From Macrostomum lignano (Eukaryota), in NCBI GenBank assembly GCA_002269645.1, contig NIVC01001535.1, positions 92,976 through 156,975 on the forward strand: a stretch of DNA of 64,000 nt, in the 5' to 3' direction. Positions 31,910-45,848 of this stretch are shown one piece after another; the first letter of the stretch is position 1, and each line of letters starts with the position of its first letter. The translations under genes were made by a program, and so were the position numbers. The notes below the pieces were generated by a model that searched no databases, was not told the origin of the DNA, and saw nothing but the letters and a program-made list of their open reading frames with translations.

Positions 31910-34710
31910 TCACCGCGGATAAAACGAAGTTGCCTCTTGAATGCGCTCAGCCGGCAGCCTCAGTGCCGCCAAACCGCCGATCAGTCGGTCCCGCTGCAGT
32001 CGGCCGTCGATCCGGTCGCGCCAATCGTTGAATTCGCTTCGATGCGCGGCGAACACGGTCACCAGCCAGATGACGCAAGTCAGCAACATGAGCAACACTC
32101 CGCAGACCATAGCGGCCAGAGTGTCGAACTCCAACCTGACACAAGTTGCATTCGGATACGTTGAAGCCAGATTTCCGTTGGCGATTAATCGACGTCCATC
32201 CGATTCTTTGAAATGCAGCCAGGTAAAAGCGCCGCTGGGTGCGAAGAGCAGCACTGAATAAGCAACGTCTGAGAACAAATCAATGCGACGCTTGCTAATG
32301 AGGCGGTTCAGGTATTGCAGCACCTGTCGGCACAGGATGCGAGGACCAGATGGGCGCTGTTGACTACGCATAATAGGATAGGCCGCTCCGCACAGCTCAC
32401 AGGAAGTTGTCTGGCCAATTGTGACAAAAAATCGATAAAGCAATTTACTGTTTACCTTTGTGATCTTGGAAGAAGCTTTGATTTCGAAACTCATTCCCGA
32501 AGCCGTGATAAGGGACTTTATTCCCCTAGATCTATATGTAATGAGGGAATTAATTTCCCACGCTGTAATGAGGGAATTCATTCCCAAGCTATAATGAAGG
32601 AGTTATTCCCAAAGCTATAATGAGGGAGTTTATTCCCCACGCTGTAATGAGGGACTTTATTCCACAAGCTGTACTACACGTAAGAGAGTTTAGCCTCAAA
32701 GCTGTAATGAGGGGGGAATTTTTCCCATAAGCTATAATCACGGAGTTTATTCCCCAAACTATAATACGAGAATTTATTCCCTAAGCTGTAATGAAGGGGT
32801 ATTTATTTCCCAATCTATATAGCAGGAATTTATTCCCGAAGCTTTAGTGAGGGAATTTATTTCCAAGCTGTAATGAGGGGGAATTTATTCCCCAATCTAT
32901 ATTGCGGGAATTTATTCCCTAAGCTTTAGTGAGGGAATTTATTCCTCAAGCTGTAATGAAGGGGAATTTATTCCCTAATCTATATTGCGGGAATTTATTC
33001 CCTAAGCTTTAGTGAGGTAATTTATTCCCCAAGCTGTAATGAGGGGGAATTTATTCCCCAATCTATATTGCAGGAATTTATTCCCCAATCTATATTGCGG
33101 GAATTTATTCCCTAAGCTTTAGTGGGGGAATTTATTCCCCAAGCTGTAATGAAGGGGAATTTATTCCCCAATCTATATTGCGGGATTTTATTCCCTAAGC
33201 TTTAGTGAGGGAATTTATTTTCAAAGCTGTACTGAGGGGGTAATTTATTCCCTAAGCTGTACTGAGGCGGATTTATCTCCCGAGTTGTAACGAGGGAATT
33301 TATTCTCCTATCTGTAATTGGAGCATACATTCCACCAGCCCAATCGCCCAAGCTCAGCAATATATTTCTAAAACTTCGAGTACTGTAAGAGGCGGGAATC
33401 TCACTCAACAAGCTCAACTATAATAAACAAAAGTAATATGTACGACTATGTTACTGCTGTAAAAATACATATAGCAAAATATGAAAACAAAATTCAGTCT
33501 GTACCCGCGACTTGCGCAGCCATCTGACCAAGCAGCCGGCGTGAGTGTAAGCTATGGAGCCGGTGCATCTGCACAGGTTCAAGAGTGGATCGGAGTCACC
33601 GATGCCGTTGTGACAGCTACTAGGCTGTTGATGCACACCCAACCGCTTCCCGGTGCAATCGCCGTTGCTGTTTTCGCCTGCCTCATCGATGCTGTCGCAG
33701 TCCAACAGATCCGACTGCTCGCCTTGATGTGAAAAGTACATGCAGACAGTAAGCTATGTAGTCTACCACATGTACACGTGTGCTGAAGGGATGGGATGAA
33801 GGATTGAAAGGAAGGGATGAAGGGTTGAAAGGAAGGGATGAAGGGTTGAAAGGAAGGGATGAAGGGTTGAAAGGAAGGGATGAAGGGTTGAGGGGAAGGG
33901 ATGAAGGGTTGAAAGGAAGGGATGAAGGGTTGAAAGGAAGGGATGAAGGGTTGAAAGGAAGGGATGAAGAGTTGAGAGGAATGGAATCATGGATGAAGGG
34001 TTAAGAGGAAGGGATAAAGGGTTGAGAGGAATGGATGAAGGGTTAAGAGGAAGGGATAAAGGGTTGAGAGGATAATGGATGAAGGGGTGAAAAAGGAATG
34101 AATGTGTGGGATGAAGGGATTAAAGGTTGACAGAAAGGGATGAAGGGATGAGAGGAAGGGATGAAAGGTTGAGAGGAAGGGATGAAGGTTTGAGAGGAAG
34201 GGATGAAAGGTTGAGAGGAAGGGATGAAGGTTTGAGAGGAAGGGATGAAATGTTGAGAGGAAGGGATGAAGGGTTGAGATTAAGGGATGAAGAGTAGTTG
34301 AGAGGAAGGGATGGAGAGTAGTTGAGAAGAAGGGATGAAGAGATGAGGAGTTGAGAGGAAGGGATGAAGGGTTAAGAGGAAGGGATAGAAGGTTGAAAGG
34401 GAAAAACATACATGTAAAGGGTTGAGAGGAAGGGATGAAGGCTTGAGAAAGGGATGAAGTGTTCAGAGGAAGGGATTAATGGTTGGGGGAAGGGATTAAA
34501 GGTTGAGAAAGTGAGATCAAGGGTCGAAAAGGGTTCATTAAAATTTTCAGAACTAAGGAGAAAAACTAAAACTAAAAGCACCTTTAAAAGTACATCCCTA
34601 ATTGGCATTAAACAAAACACACCGCTCTTACCGGCTGCTGCGTGACAGATGCGGCAGACAGCATCCGAGTCAATAATTGCAGTTGTTAGCTGTGATGAAA
34701 ATTCGGTCAT
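31910..34710 (-). CDS. MARCH-family RING-CH (RINGv) membrane E3 ubiquitin ligase
   Basis: Exons 34710-34632, 33722-33505, 32410-31910 with compatible phases. CRICH...CRCTGSIAYTHAGCLVRW...CELC (C4HC3), followed by two hydrophobic spans (VAYSVLLFAPSGAFTW; LAAMVCGVLLMLLTCVIWLVTVFAA). Confidence 0.9.
32500..33290. repeat. ~29-bp minisatellite (GCTGTAATGAGGGGGAATTTATTCCCCAA variants)
   Basis: Direct observation, MARCH intron 2. Confidence 0.9.
33785..34510. repeat. 21-bp minisatellite (GAAAGGAAGGGATGAAGGGTT)
   Basis: Direct observation, MARCH intron 1. Confidence 0.92.
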
Positions 34711-35379
34711 TTTGCGATTTGAGCTCTCTTTTTAAGTCGGTGTGGACGGACCGATTTACAATTTGTTATAATATGTCTTTAATTAAAGATTATAAAGTTC
34801 TTTAAAAAGCTAGACTGCCATAGACTTTTAAGACCCAAGGGCTCAAAAAAATTCTAAACAAAAGCCCTATTCTACTCTATGTCTACTCTAGATTTTTCAG
34901 TGAGTAGTTTGTCTGCGCATTGTCATTATAATTTCATGTGGCAGCTAAAATTTATTTCACAGCCTGATTACTTGGATTTTAAAACAATTGGAACTCTTAC
35001 TCAGCTACAGAATATTTTGTATTATGTAAATATGTATATAGATAAAGCCAGTAAAGTTTAAATATATTAATAGATATATGTATATATGTATATTTATTTA
35101 AATCGACTCAAGCTAAATAGAAAAACTTGAAACAAGCAGGAGAAACGGTGACTATTGAACAGCAGTGACGGCTTGCTTAGCATAGAAGCAGATAGAGGCC
35201 GATTAAAAAGCAATAAATTCGGATTTAATATTGTAGAACAACACAAGAAGCTGTGACAAACGATTACAATGGACAGATATTCGGACTGACAGGTATACAT
35301 ACGATGAAAACAAAGACGGAAGGATACAGATACAGAGAAGACAAGACAGGTGGACAGACAAAGAATAAGAAAGGTAGAA

Positions 35380-35553
35380 AGACTGACACACAGACAAGTA
35401 GACAGAAGGACTGGCAGACAGAAAGACACACACAGACATACACACAGACAAAGACAGACAGACAGAAAGACAGACGGACAGACAGACAGAAAGACAGACG
35501 GACAGACACGTAGACAGACAGACAGACAGACAGATAGATAGACAGACAGACAC

Positions 35554-35616
<63 letters not shown>

Positions 35617-35635
35617 TAGATAGACAGACAGACAC

Positions 35636-35672
<37 letters not shown>

Positions 35673-35795
35673 GGCAGTCAGGCAGACAAACAGACAGGCA
35701 GACAGACAGACAGACAGACCGACAGACAGATAGATAGATAGACAGACAGACACAGACAGACACACAGACAGACAGACACAGACAGACAGACAGAC

Positions 35796-35844
<49 letters not shown>

Positions 35845-35895
35845 TAGATAGACAGACAGACACAGACAGACAGACAGACAGACGGACAGGCAGGC

Positions 35896-35936
<41 letters not shown>

Positions 35937-36085
35937 CACAGACAGACAGACAGGCAGTCAGGCAGACAAACAGACAGGCAGACAGACAGACAGACAGACC
36001 GACAGACAGATAGATAGATAGACAGAGAGACACAGACAGACAGACACAGACAGACAGACAGACGGACAGACAGACAGACAGACAC
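35380..36085. repeat. (GACA/GATA)n compound microsatellite
   Basis: Direct observation. Confidence 0.95.
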
Positions 36086-37052
36086 AAAATTAATGTATTG
36101 CACAATGCTAGAATACACCGCTGATTAGTCCGGGAAGCAATTAATAGCATCAGAAACTGGATTTACAGCATAGCAAATAAGCAGCCAGGTAACAGAATTA
36201 TGGAGCGCATGCATAATGATATAAATAGGTTTATAACAGACACAGAGACCAAATCAATGCTCTTACAGGCATCGTAAAATTGACTGAAGTTTTGTCTAAA
36301 AAACTTTAATTATATAACATTAACAAATCATTTTAAATAGCTACATAATACTAGCATGTAAAACAGACTAGCCTTACTACTTACAGTAGCAATAATCAGT
36401 CACTTATCAAATTTTGCCATTACGAGAATTGCACAAGCAGATGTGGTAAACTGTAAAAATTTACAGAGGCTATCAAGACTTATTTCATTACAATAGTAGA
36501 AACATAAGTAGTATATGGATGCAAATATGGGTAAAATGACAAGAAAAAATTTTTATTGACAAAGAAAAATATCACTCAAAAATTAAAAAAGCATTGCCAT
36601 TATAAAAACAAACAGTAGTAGCATATATTCCACCTGTAAGTAGTGTTAATGCAAAAATACAATCAAAAATACTTTAGTTAATGAAAAAAAATTAATCGTT
36701 AACTGATTCAAGTTTTTGAAATTAATGCACAATAAATTAATATTATATTGCAATTACTGCGTATTAGCAGGCCAATTATGTCATTAACTAATGAAATTAT
36801 GAAAAATAAGTCTTCATAAATTTTCCAAGAAACGAATGGGGAATTTCTGACACCCCTTTCAATCCTAATTCCTAAAGTAAACAAAATTTTGAAGCAGCAA
36901 AGTTCTTCTTTCTAAGAAATTCAAGCTGGTTTATTTTGAAACGCATTGCAATGCTACTGACAGTCTGACAGCCAATACAAAAAGCAATGGTTTGTTCTTA
37001 CAGAAACATATTTTTGTTTTTAATCAAAACTTTCAAGGCGGCTTTCTCAGGA

Positions 37053-37380
37053 CAGCCTCCACCTGTAGCAACCAACTTCTCCCATGGCTTGAGCATGCCT
37101 GTCATCTCCACCTGTAGCAACCCACTTCTCCCATGGCTTGAGCATCCCGTCATCTCCGCCTGTAGCAACCCACTTCTCCCATGGCTTGAGCATGCCTGTC
37201 ATCTCCACCTGTAGCAACCCACTTCTCCCATGGCTTGAGCATGCCGTCATCTCCACCTGTAGCAACCCACTTCTCCCATGGCTTGAGCATGCCGTCATCT
37301 CCACCTGTAGCAACCCACTTCTCCCATGGCTTGAGCATCCCGTCATCTCCGCCTGTAGCAACCCACTTCTCCCATGGCTT
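37053..37380. repeat. 48-49-bp minisatellite, ~7 copies
   Basis: Unit CATCTCCACCTGTAGCAACCCACTTCTCCCATGGCTTGAGCATGCCGT. Confidence 0.95.
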
Positions 37381-37525
37381 GTCAGTGGCATTGCGATGCT
37401 TTATTAAACGTTATACAAAATTGAGCATGCACTTTTCCTTAGAAGAAATGTCCCACTTGAATTCACAGTTAGCTCATTTTCACCGTGAGTTGGTCATATA
37501 AAACAGCTATCAATCATAGCTCTAG

Positions 37526-38923
37526 TTAGTTATCGGCAGGCAGCTGATAGCGGGGACAATCGTAGCAGCGCACCTGAACTACCGGGCCGCCGACACCGCC
37601 GGTCGCGCCGACGTCGGGCCCAGCCGTTGCGTCGCGTTGCGGTCTAACGTACCGGTCCAGCGTGGCCAAAATCTGCGCATTCAATATTTGAAATTTTCTA
37701 ATCCTATCCGCCATGCGCTTCAATGAGAAACCCTGTCGTTGGTCGTCTTTCTGATCGAATTTATTCGCCTTCAACAGGTGATAGGAATAGTCCAACAGTT
37801 CGAAGCGGCGCTCTTCCCCTAGTAGCACTAGCAGGCAGCAGCCCGCCCATTGGAGACCTTCGCCGTACAGCTCTTCCACCTGGGGGCAGGGTGCATGGGG
37901 GGGTCTAAGGTTTGGCCAAGGTAAGTCGCAAAAGTGCCGATCCGAAAAATACAAATGATAGTACTAATTAGATGACGAGGCATTCAGCATTAACATCATT
38001 TTTGAAGTTACTCCTGCCGTTTACCCAAAATTACAGTTTATTTTGCTTTAGGGTTTCTTTAATAGGTGCACGAGGGGGATGAAAATTCGAAGTTGGGTAT
38101 GTACACCCTGACGATTAGAAAGTCAGGGACGCTGTACACCCTGCGTGAGCGTGTGTATGAGTGCATGTCTACGTACAGTATTGGCTGGGGTTGCGCATAG
38201 CCCTGCTGCAATTATTACTTTCTGTTACTATGGTAACCGGGACAGGTGTATTACTATGACTCTATTATGACCATTATGACTGTTTTTCAGTCATTTATCC
38301 GCACTGATAACATACCGAGTTGGGGTCAATGACCTTTTATGCTTATACTGCATGCAGAAACTAACTGCCATGCTGCCACCTAGCAAAAGTACAACTGATA
38401 TAAACTGCATAGAAGTGACCAAATTACACTTATTTACAATAAAATTCGCCACACAAGTATTTAGTAAGAATTTCAATGCGCAAAAATAATATCACTAGCT
38501 GAAAATATAGAACAAACCTTATGATAAAATTACGCTGGAAACCTGAAATTCACTTACTGTTAGCTCTATCCTAGTCTCTCTTAAGCCCTTCATACAGCAA
38601 TAACTGTTGATTAAAATCTGATTCACCAGCAGTGCGCATTTTTAACTCTACAGGAAAGCAGGAAAATGCTGCCTAAACTATGCGCACATATAACTATACG
38701 ATTGAATACACCAAAGCCTTGAAACTGCCAGCCAAGCAGCAGAACCGCCCCGAAACATTGCTCTTAGCCAAGCATATTATTTGTCCATTTGAAATTTTGT
38801 CACAATTTTCATCTTGGTTTTGCTTTGAAAACAGGCAAAACAGGCGGGCAGGAAGACGGGCAAGACAGGCATAATAAGCACGAGGGCAGATAAGAGACAG
38901 CAGACAGAGACATAGAGACACTC

Positions 38924-38954
<31 letters not shown>

Positions 38955-38971
38955 AAGACAGACAGATAGTC

Positions 38972-39032
<61 letters not shown>

Positions 39033-39275
39033 GTCAGACAGACAGAAAGACACACAGTCAGTCAGACAGACAGTCAGACAGACAGTCAGTCAGACAGACA
39101 GGCAGGCAGACAGACAGTCAGTCAGACAGACAGACAGACAGACAGGCAGGCAGACAGTCAGTCAGACAGACAGACAGTCAGGCAGACAGGCAGGCAGGCA
39201 GACAGGCAGGCAGACAGACAGTCAGTCAGACAGACAGACAGGCAGGCAGGCAGGCAGGCAGACAGACAGTCAGTC

Positions 39276-39336
<61 letters not shown>

Positions 39337-42300
39337 CACAGTCAGTCAGACAGACAGGCAGTCAGACAGACAGTCAGACAGACAGGCAGGCAGACAGACA
39401 GTCAGTCAGACAGGCAGGCAGACAGTCAGTCAGACAGACAGACAGACAGACAGTCAGACAGGCAGGCAGACAGCAGGCCAGCAACAAGCCAGCACTTACA
39501 GTGAACTCTCCCTCCTTAGGCGGTATGCAGTAGGCGAACTGCATGGCAGACCAGACCCGGTGGTACTCCTGGCACTCGTCAACAAACATCACGCCGTTGC
39601 GAGGCTGCTCCGCTGGCAGCCAGCGATTCCCGGGCGCCGAGTTGAGCATCTCGCGAACCCTGCTGAGCACAGTCTCAAAGATGCACAGACCGCAGCACAG
39701 TCGCTCCTTAGTTAAAAGGTCGCAATCGTACACAGCCTTGGCCAGCTGGTGCCCGTCTGGCAAGACCCTCTCGGTGACTTTCAGCACGCTCAGGGGAGCG
39801 AATTTCGTTTGCAATCGCTTCATCTGGCGGCTGGTCTCTTCTTCTCGATGTCGCCGCAACTCTGGCCGGATCTGCATGTGGGAAAGGGATTAAGAGATCC
39901 CTGAAGGCCTGAAGTTGAGAAATGACACATCAATGCGTGCCTGAAGTTCATTAATGACCCATCAATGAGTACCTGAAGTTCATAAATGACCCATCAATGA
40001 GTACCTGAAGTTCATAAATGACCCATCAATGAGTACCTGAAGTTCATAAATGACCCATCAATGAGTACCTGAAGTTCATAAATGACCCATCAATGAGAGC
40101 CTGAAGTTCATAAATGACCCATCAATGAGTGCCTGAAGTTCATAAATGACCCATCAATGAGTGCCTGAAGTTCATAAATGACCCATTATTGAGTGCCTGA
40201 AGTTCACAAATGACCCATCAATGAGTGCCTGAAGTTCATTAATGATCCGTCACTGAGTGCCTGAAGTTCATAAATGACCCATCACTGAGTGCCTGAAGTT
40301 CATAAATAATCCATCACTGAAGGCCGGGAGTTTGAATCCTACAATGACCCACCACACTAGAGCTCAAATTCCAAAATGACCTAACTACCGAAGTTCGACT
40401 TTAAAAAAATGACAATAAAAAAATAATAATGAATAGACAGCATCGCATATCAGCAGCACCTGTCGCCCTTCTCCTTCGGCGGCGGCACAAACGGTTTGGG
40501 AATAGTCTCTTGAAAAGCGGCTGCGTGCTTCAGATCGCACACCTCCTCAACGGTGAGACTCTGCTCCATCATCAGACAAGCGAGAACGGTGTTGCCGAAT
40601 TCGCGGAACGCTTGAAACACTTCAGTGCGCAGGTCCGGATGAGCAACGATAGGCCTCAGCTGAGCACAGTAGTAACCAAGAATGCCCGGGCTTGTGTAAT
40701 CAAACCGCTGCAGCTTGCACTCTTTCGGCATGAGCTTGCGCAGCTCGATGAGGTAGGCGCACAGCGTGTTGTCAAGGAGGCCGCGTACCGCTTTCAGCAT
40801 CTCGCTGACGATGGTGCCGATACCGTTGTAGCCAAGTAGGCGGCACATCGCGGAGAAGTGCGGCGGCCCAACGAATCTGAGAGGGAGAAGTGTGCTCACA
40901 CTGTGAAGTAAGCTATTTGGGATCTGGGAGGCTGGCCCAACAACTGAGGATCTGGGAGGCTGGCCCAGCAACTGAGGATCTGGGAGGCTGGCCCAGCAAC
41001 TGAGGATTTGGGAGGCTGGCCCAGCAACTGATGGTCTGGGAGGCTGGCCCAACAACTGAGGATTTGAGAGGCTATGGTAGGTCAGACTTGAGGGTAGCAG
41101 CAGATCAACCACAGGGCCATTCACCGCATCAACCACAATGCCACAAACCTGTCATACAGCCCCAGCACGGCGCCGAAGGCCTTATTCAATCGAGCATTGC
41201 CAAAGAGCAGTTCGTCCTGCATGTCCTTAGGAAAGGGCGCCCGCTCCACAGACTCGGACGCCATGGACAGTGTAGACTTGACAAACCGGCCAGTGCTGCT
41301 ATTATAGCAATAGTGCGGCACAAAGTCCAGCTGCAATTCCCAGAAGCAGTGCAGCGTCACTTTGCCACAAGACGCTGTGACTTCTTCGTTGGCTTCGCTA
41401 AACAGCTTATCGAAATCGTCAAGCTGAAGTCCGGCCTCTTGCAGCAGCTTGTGAGTGAGGCGGGACACCTCAATCAGCTGTTCCAGCTCGATCACTCCTT
41501 GAAAAAATTAAGAAAATAAAATATTCGATAAGGTCACAGTGAAGCACCGAAAGACGAAAGAGGGTCACAGGTAAGCCCCGGAAGACGAAAGAAAGCGGGT
41601 CACAGTGAAGCACCGGAAGACGAAAGCGAGTCACAGTGAAGCACCGGAAGACGAAAGAAAGAGAGTCACAGTGAAGCACCGGAAGACAAAAGAAAGAGAG
41701 TCACAGTGAAGCACCGGAAGACAAAAGAAAGAGAGTCACAGTGAAGCACCGGAAGACGAAAGAAAGCGGGTCACAGTGAAGCACCGGTAAAGGAAAGAAG
41801 TGAAGCGGGTCACAGTGAAGCACCGGTAAAGGAAAGAAGTGAAGCGGGTCACAGTGAAGCACCGGAAGAGAAAATAAAGCGGGTCACTGTGAAGCACCGG
41901 AAGACGAAAGCGAGTCACAGTGAAGCACCGGAAGACAAAAGAAAGAGAGTCACAGTGAAGCACCGGAAGACGAAAGAAAGAGAGTCACAGTGAAGCACCG
42001 GAAGACGAAAGAGCGTCACAGTGAAGCACCAGAAGATGAAAGAGAGTCACAGTGAAGCACCGGAAAACAAAAGAAAGAGAGTCACAGTGAAGCACCGGAA
42101 GACAAAAGAAAGAGAGTCACAGTGAAGCACCGGAAGACAAAAGAAAGAGAGTCACAGTGAAGCACCGGAAGACGAAAGAAAGAGAGTCACAGTGAAGCAC
42201 CGGAAGACAAAAGAAAGAGAGTCACAGTGAAGCACCGGAAGACAAAAGAAAGAGAGTCACAGTGAAGCACCGGAAGACGAAAGAAAGCGGGTCACAGTGA

Positions 42301-45300
42301 AGCACCGGTAAAGGAAAGAAGTGAAGCGGGTCACAGTGAAGCACCGGTAAAGGAAAGAAGTGAAGCGGGTCACAGTGAAGCACCGGAAGAGAAAATAAAG
42401 CGGGTCACTGTGAAGCACCGGAAGACAAAAGAAAGAGAGTCACAGTGAAGCACTGGAAGACGAAAGAGCGTCACAGTGAAGCACCAGAAGATGAAAGAGA
42501 GTCACAGTGAAGCACCGGAAGACGAAAGAGAGTCACAGTGAAGCACTGGAAGACGAAAGAAAGCGGGTCACAGTGAAGCACCGGTAAAGGAAAGAAAGCG
42601 GGTCACAGTGAAGCACCGGTAAAGGAAAGAAAGCGGGTCACAGTGAAGCACCGGAAGACAAAAGAAAGAGAGTCACAGTGAAGCACCGGAAGACGAAAGA
42701 AAGCGGGTCACAGTGAAGCACCGGTAAAGGAAAGAAGTGAAGCGGGTCACAGTGAAGCACCGGTAAAGGAAAGAAGTGAAGCGGGTCACAGTGAAGCACC
42801 GGAAGAGAAAATAAAGCGGGTCACTGTGAAGCACCGGAAGACAAAAGAAAGAGAGTCACAGTGAAGCACCGGAAGACAAAAGAAAGAGAGTCACAGTGAA
42901 GCACCGGAAGACGAAAGAGCGTCACAGTGAAGCACCAGAAGATGAAAGAGAGTCACAGTGAAGCACCGGAAGACGAAAGAGAGTCACAGTGAAGCACTGG
43001 AAGACGAAAGAAAGCGGGTCACAGTGAAGCACCGGTAAAGGAAAGAAAGCGGGTCACAGTGAAGCACCGGTAAAGGAAAGAAAGCGGGTCACAGGGAAAG
43101 ACCGGCCCGATGAAAACGGTACCTAGGCCAACAATCGTCCCAGGGTTATTTCTTGCATCGCCCCAGAGTCGTTGCAGGTAAAACAGGAAAAAAGTGACTT
43201 TTTAAACGACTCTAAAACGACGAGATGTCCCGATACAAGTCGCCTAAAAGTCGTCCAAGAATCACTTTGAAGCGTTTTATTGTCCGCGAATCTGAAGCGA
43301 TGCAAGAGACTCACTCTGGCGCGACGGTATAACCACTCTGGGGTCAGAAGGGAAGATAAGCAGACCGCTTAATGCATTGTAAGAGTGGCAACTAAGGTCG
43401 AACTGTCCGTAGCAAAAAGATGCTCAAACTAACCAGTAATATCTTTGGACTCGAACAATTGGACAGCAACCTGCAGACTAGCTAACAAAGATTTATTAGC
43501 ACGCTGGCCAATCAATCGGTTAAGATCGATGCTCCGACCGAGCAATTGCACGTGACGCTGATTAATGAGAGTCTCGTATCGGCAAGGCGCCGGATACTGT
43601 ATGCGCATGCCTTTCTGATTGCACTCGGTTCGGAAACCTTTGTCAAGCAATATGCTAGCGGCAAGAGTCTTGTAATAGGCGAAGACGTCTTTGCTAAGAC
43701 AGATGACCAGCTGATCAAAGCCTAGATTAGCTTCGGCTTCGATCTCGTCGTAAAGAAACTGACGCCTGAATCTTGTCAAGGCGTAGAACGCGCTGTCGTT
43801 GTACAGATCCAGCGGATACAGCAGATACTCCATGTAGGCTGGATCCTTGGAATCCAACAGCTGCTTCGTTAGCAGCCATGGCACCGACATGTCAATGTCA
43901 AACTGAATATGAGCTCCATTAGTCATCTCTAGGAAGAATTCTCGATACCAAAGTTGGCTAAGATCGCAGCACTGCTGCAAAGTGTCGGAATAGTTCAACA
44001 GATAAGGCCAGAAGTAGCTATTCCGATGGAACTGATCAATAGCGGCCAGCGACTGCGGATCGACATCTTTGCGCAGGGTGTGCTTCCCTCCGCTGCGATC
44101 AATCAGCGACTCCAGCATAGTGCGCACCATGTACAACTGCGTAGAGCTCGGAGGCACGTTGCGCTGCATGATGCGAATCTCCGGCTCTGCGGAGCCGCCG
44201 CCTTTGCCAGATTTTTTGTGATGCGACACGAACTCTTCGGCTAGTTGACTGCCGCCGCCGGAGTCTTGCTGGGCCATGTGCGTGGCCATGGTTCGAATTG
44301 ACATTATGATACTCTTTACAATTTCTCGCTTATTCTTGGCAGCTTTGCGCAACGGCTCGCGTAGTTGACGCTGAACAAAATCCTGCAGCTGATAGTAGAT
44401 TGCCCGTTTCACACTGTCCATCAGGATGGTCTCCATGCGGAGTAGGATAGCTTGCACCGATTTAATCATGGCGATCACTTCAACTAGAGCGAATCGCTCC
44501 TCTCTGCTGTAGTTATACTGCGTAGCCTTGGCATAATCCTCGGCCTCTTTGGGCATGTCAGGATTCTGCCGGACGTCGGTCAGGTGAGCTAGCTTCCAGG
44601 TGAATACATCAACTATTAGCAGGCTCCAGCTGCCTAGATAGCTCAATGATTTCAACGCTAATTCGTAGGTTCGCCTATTCTCAGCGTCTGCTTTGTTCAA
44701 CTGCTGCACAGTGGTTGATAAATTTGTCCGAGTGGCCAGTTCGGACATCAGCTCGGCGTGCTGCTGTTTGAGCCGTGGCAGAGCGGCAAACAGTTGGCCC
44801 TGAGGCGAGGTGCGCGCACTGCGACACTCTGGCCACTTGGCCGGATCGTAGAACTGGCTTTTACTAACATAGGCATCGAATGGCGAAATGCTCATATCGC
44901 CGTAGAGATTCACTACCTCGCACTGTTTGAATATGGCGTCAATTTTAGCTATGCAGATTCGACGCTTGGCATCCATCTTGTTGATGTTAATGTTCGGATT
45001 GGTGTTAATAATGAAGATGCTGAAGCCAATCACCTTCACTAGTAGGTGCTTCTCGCTAGGATAAAGGAACAGCCGATTTTCATACATCATCACGGCGGTG
45101 TTAATAACTTCGGCAAACAAATCCTCGAAGCCTTCAATCTTTTGCAGCTCGTCTTTCAGAGTCTTGCGAATTTTATTCTGCTCGGCTAGGAACATTGTCA
45201 GCGTCTGGGCGTCGTGTAAAACAGCCGGATCTGTCATTCGCCTGAGGAACTGAGCAGCACGTTTATAATGAGAATAGTCATTTTCATCGAAGCTTTCATA

Positions 45301-45848
45301 TTTTTAAGTTCGTCTAACACGGCAAACATGTTCAACATTTTGCCTAACGTCAATAGGTAAGCCTCGCTAACAAACTCTTGTCGTTTAGTGTTGAGACAAA
45401 GTCGTTTGACGTCCTCGCAGAATCGGCCAATGGCTTTGTTGTGGAATAGCATAAAACTCATCAGCCTGTTGGCGTACTGTTGCAGCACCTCAATAGTCTT
45501 CTCGTGTATTTCATTTTTATTCGATTGCTCATTAGAGCGAATCTGCGGCAGAGCGCGAGAACAGGAACGCCAAGTATAGAGCATGACGGCGAATTCTTCG
45601 CCCTCTTTGAGCAGATCCGTCATCTCGGCGTGCACTGTGGCCTCCTCAAGGTATTTGGCCACACCAACTACATAAGCATTGCGATCTTGAAAGTTTCTGT
45701 CAGTGTCAGATTTCAGCAAGATTGGAATAGGAGCAGCTTCAACTGAGTACACGGTGTCCGAAGCATCTAGATTGTCAAGTAGGTTAACATTTTTAATGGC
45801 ATCTACTATGGTCACCTGACCATCCTGCTGCTGGTACTGCTGACTCAT
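37526..45848 (-). CDS. CYFIP: Cytoplasmic FMR1-interacting protein (CYFIP/Sra-1/PIR121), WAVE regulatory complex subunit
   Basis: Exons 45848-43434 (1-bp frameshift at 45281-45284), 41497-41149, 40876-40460, 39871-39500 (probable indel near 39835), 37879-37526. Hallmark peptides MLYTWRSCSRALPQ, LDELKNMKAS..NDYS.YKRAAQFL, DLSQLWYREFFLEM, YLLYPLDLYNDSA, FVGPPHF..CRLLGY.GI, DLLTKERLCCGL, RIRKFQILN. Confidence 0.97.
38905..39472. repeat. (GACA/GGCA/GTCA)n compound microsatellite
   Basis: Direct observation, CYFIP intron. Confidence 0.93.
39925..40320. repeat. 32-bp minisatellite (CCATCAATGAGTACCTGAAGTTCATAAATGAC), ~12 copies
   Basis: Direct observation, CYFIP intron. Confidence 0.95.
40918..41065. 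repeat. 28-bp minisatellite (GGAGGCTGGCCCAGCAACTGAGGATCTG), ~5 copies
   Basis: Direct observation; same unit as 60915-61357. Confidence 0.93.
41532..43095. repeat. 31-37-bp minisatellite (GTCACAGTGAAGCACCGG core) with higher-order structure
   Basis: Direct observation, CYFIP intron. Confidence 0.95.

Noticed and set aside
38109-38130. CTGACGA...GAAAGTC as a second hammerhead
   Set aside because: Only TTA lies between the core halves (no helix II). It is a simple CCCTGAC/GTCAGGG hairpin.
45234-45300. Programmed ribosomal frameshift or pseudogenisation in CYFIP
   Set aside because: Restoring one A gives the canonical conserved sequence. The same -1 homopolymer pattern recurs in unrelated genes, so assembly error is more parsimonious.
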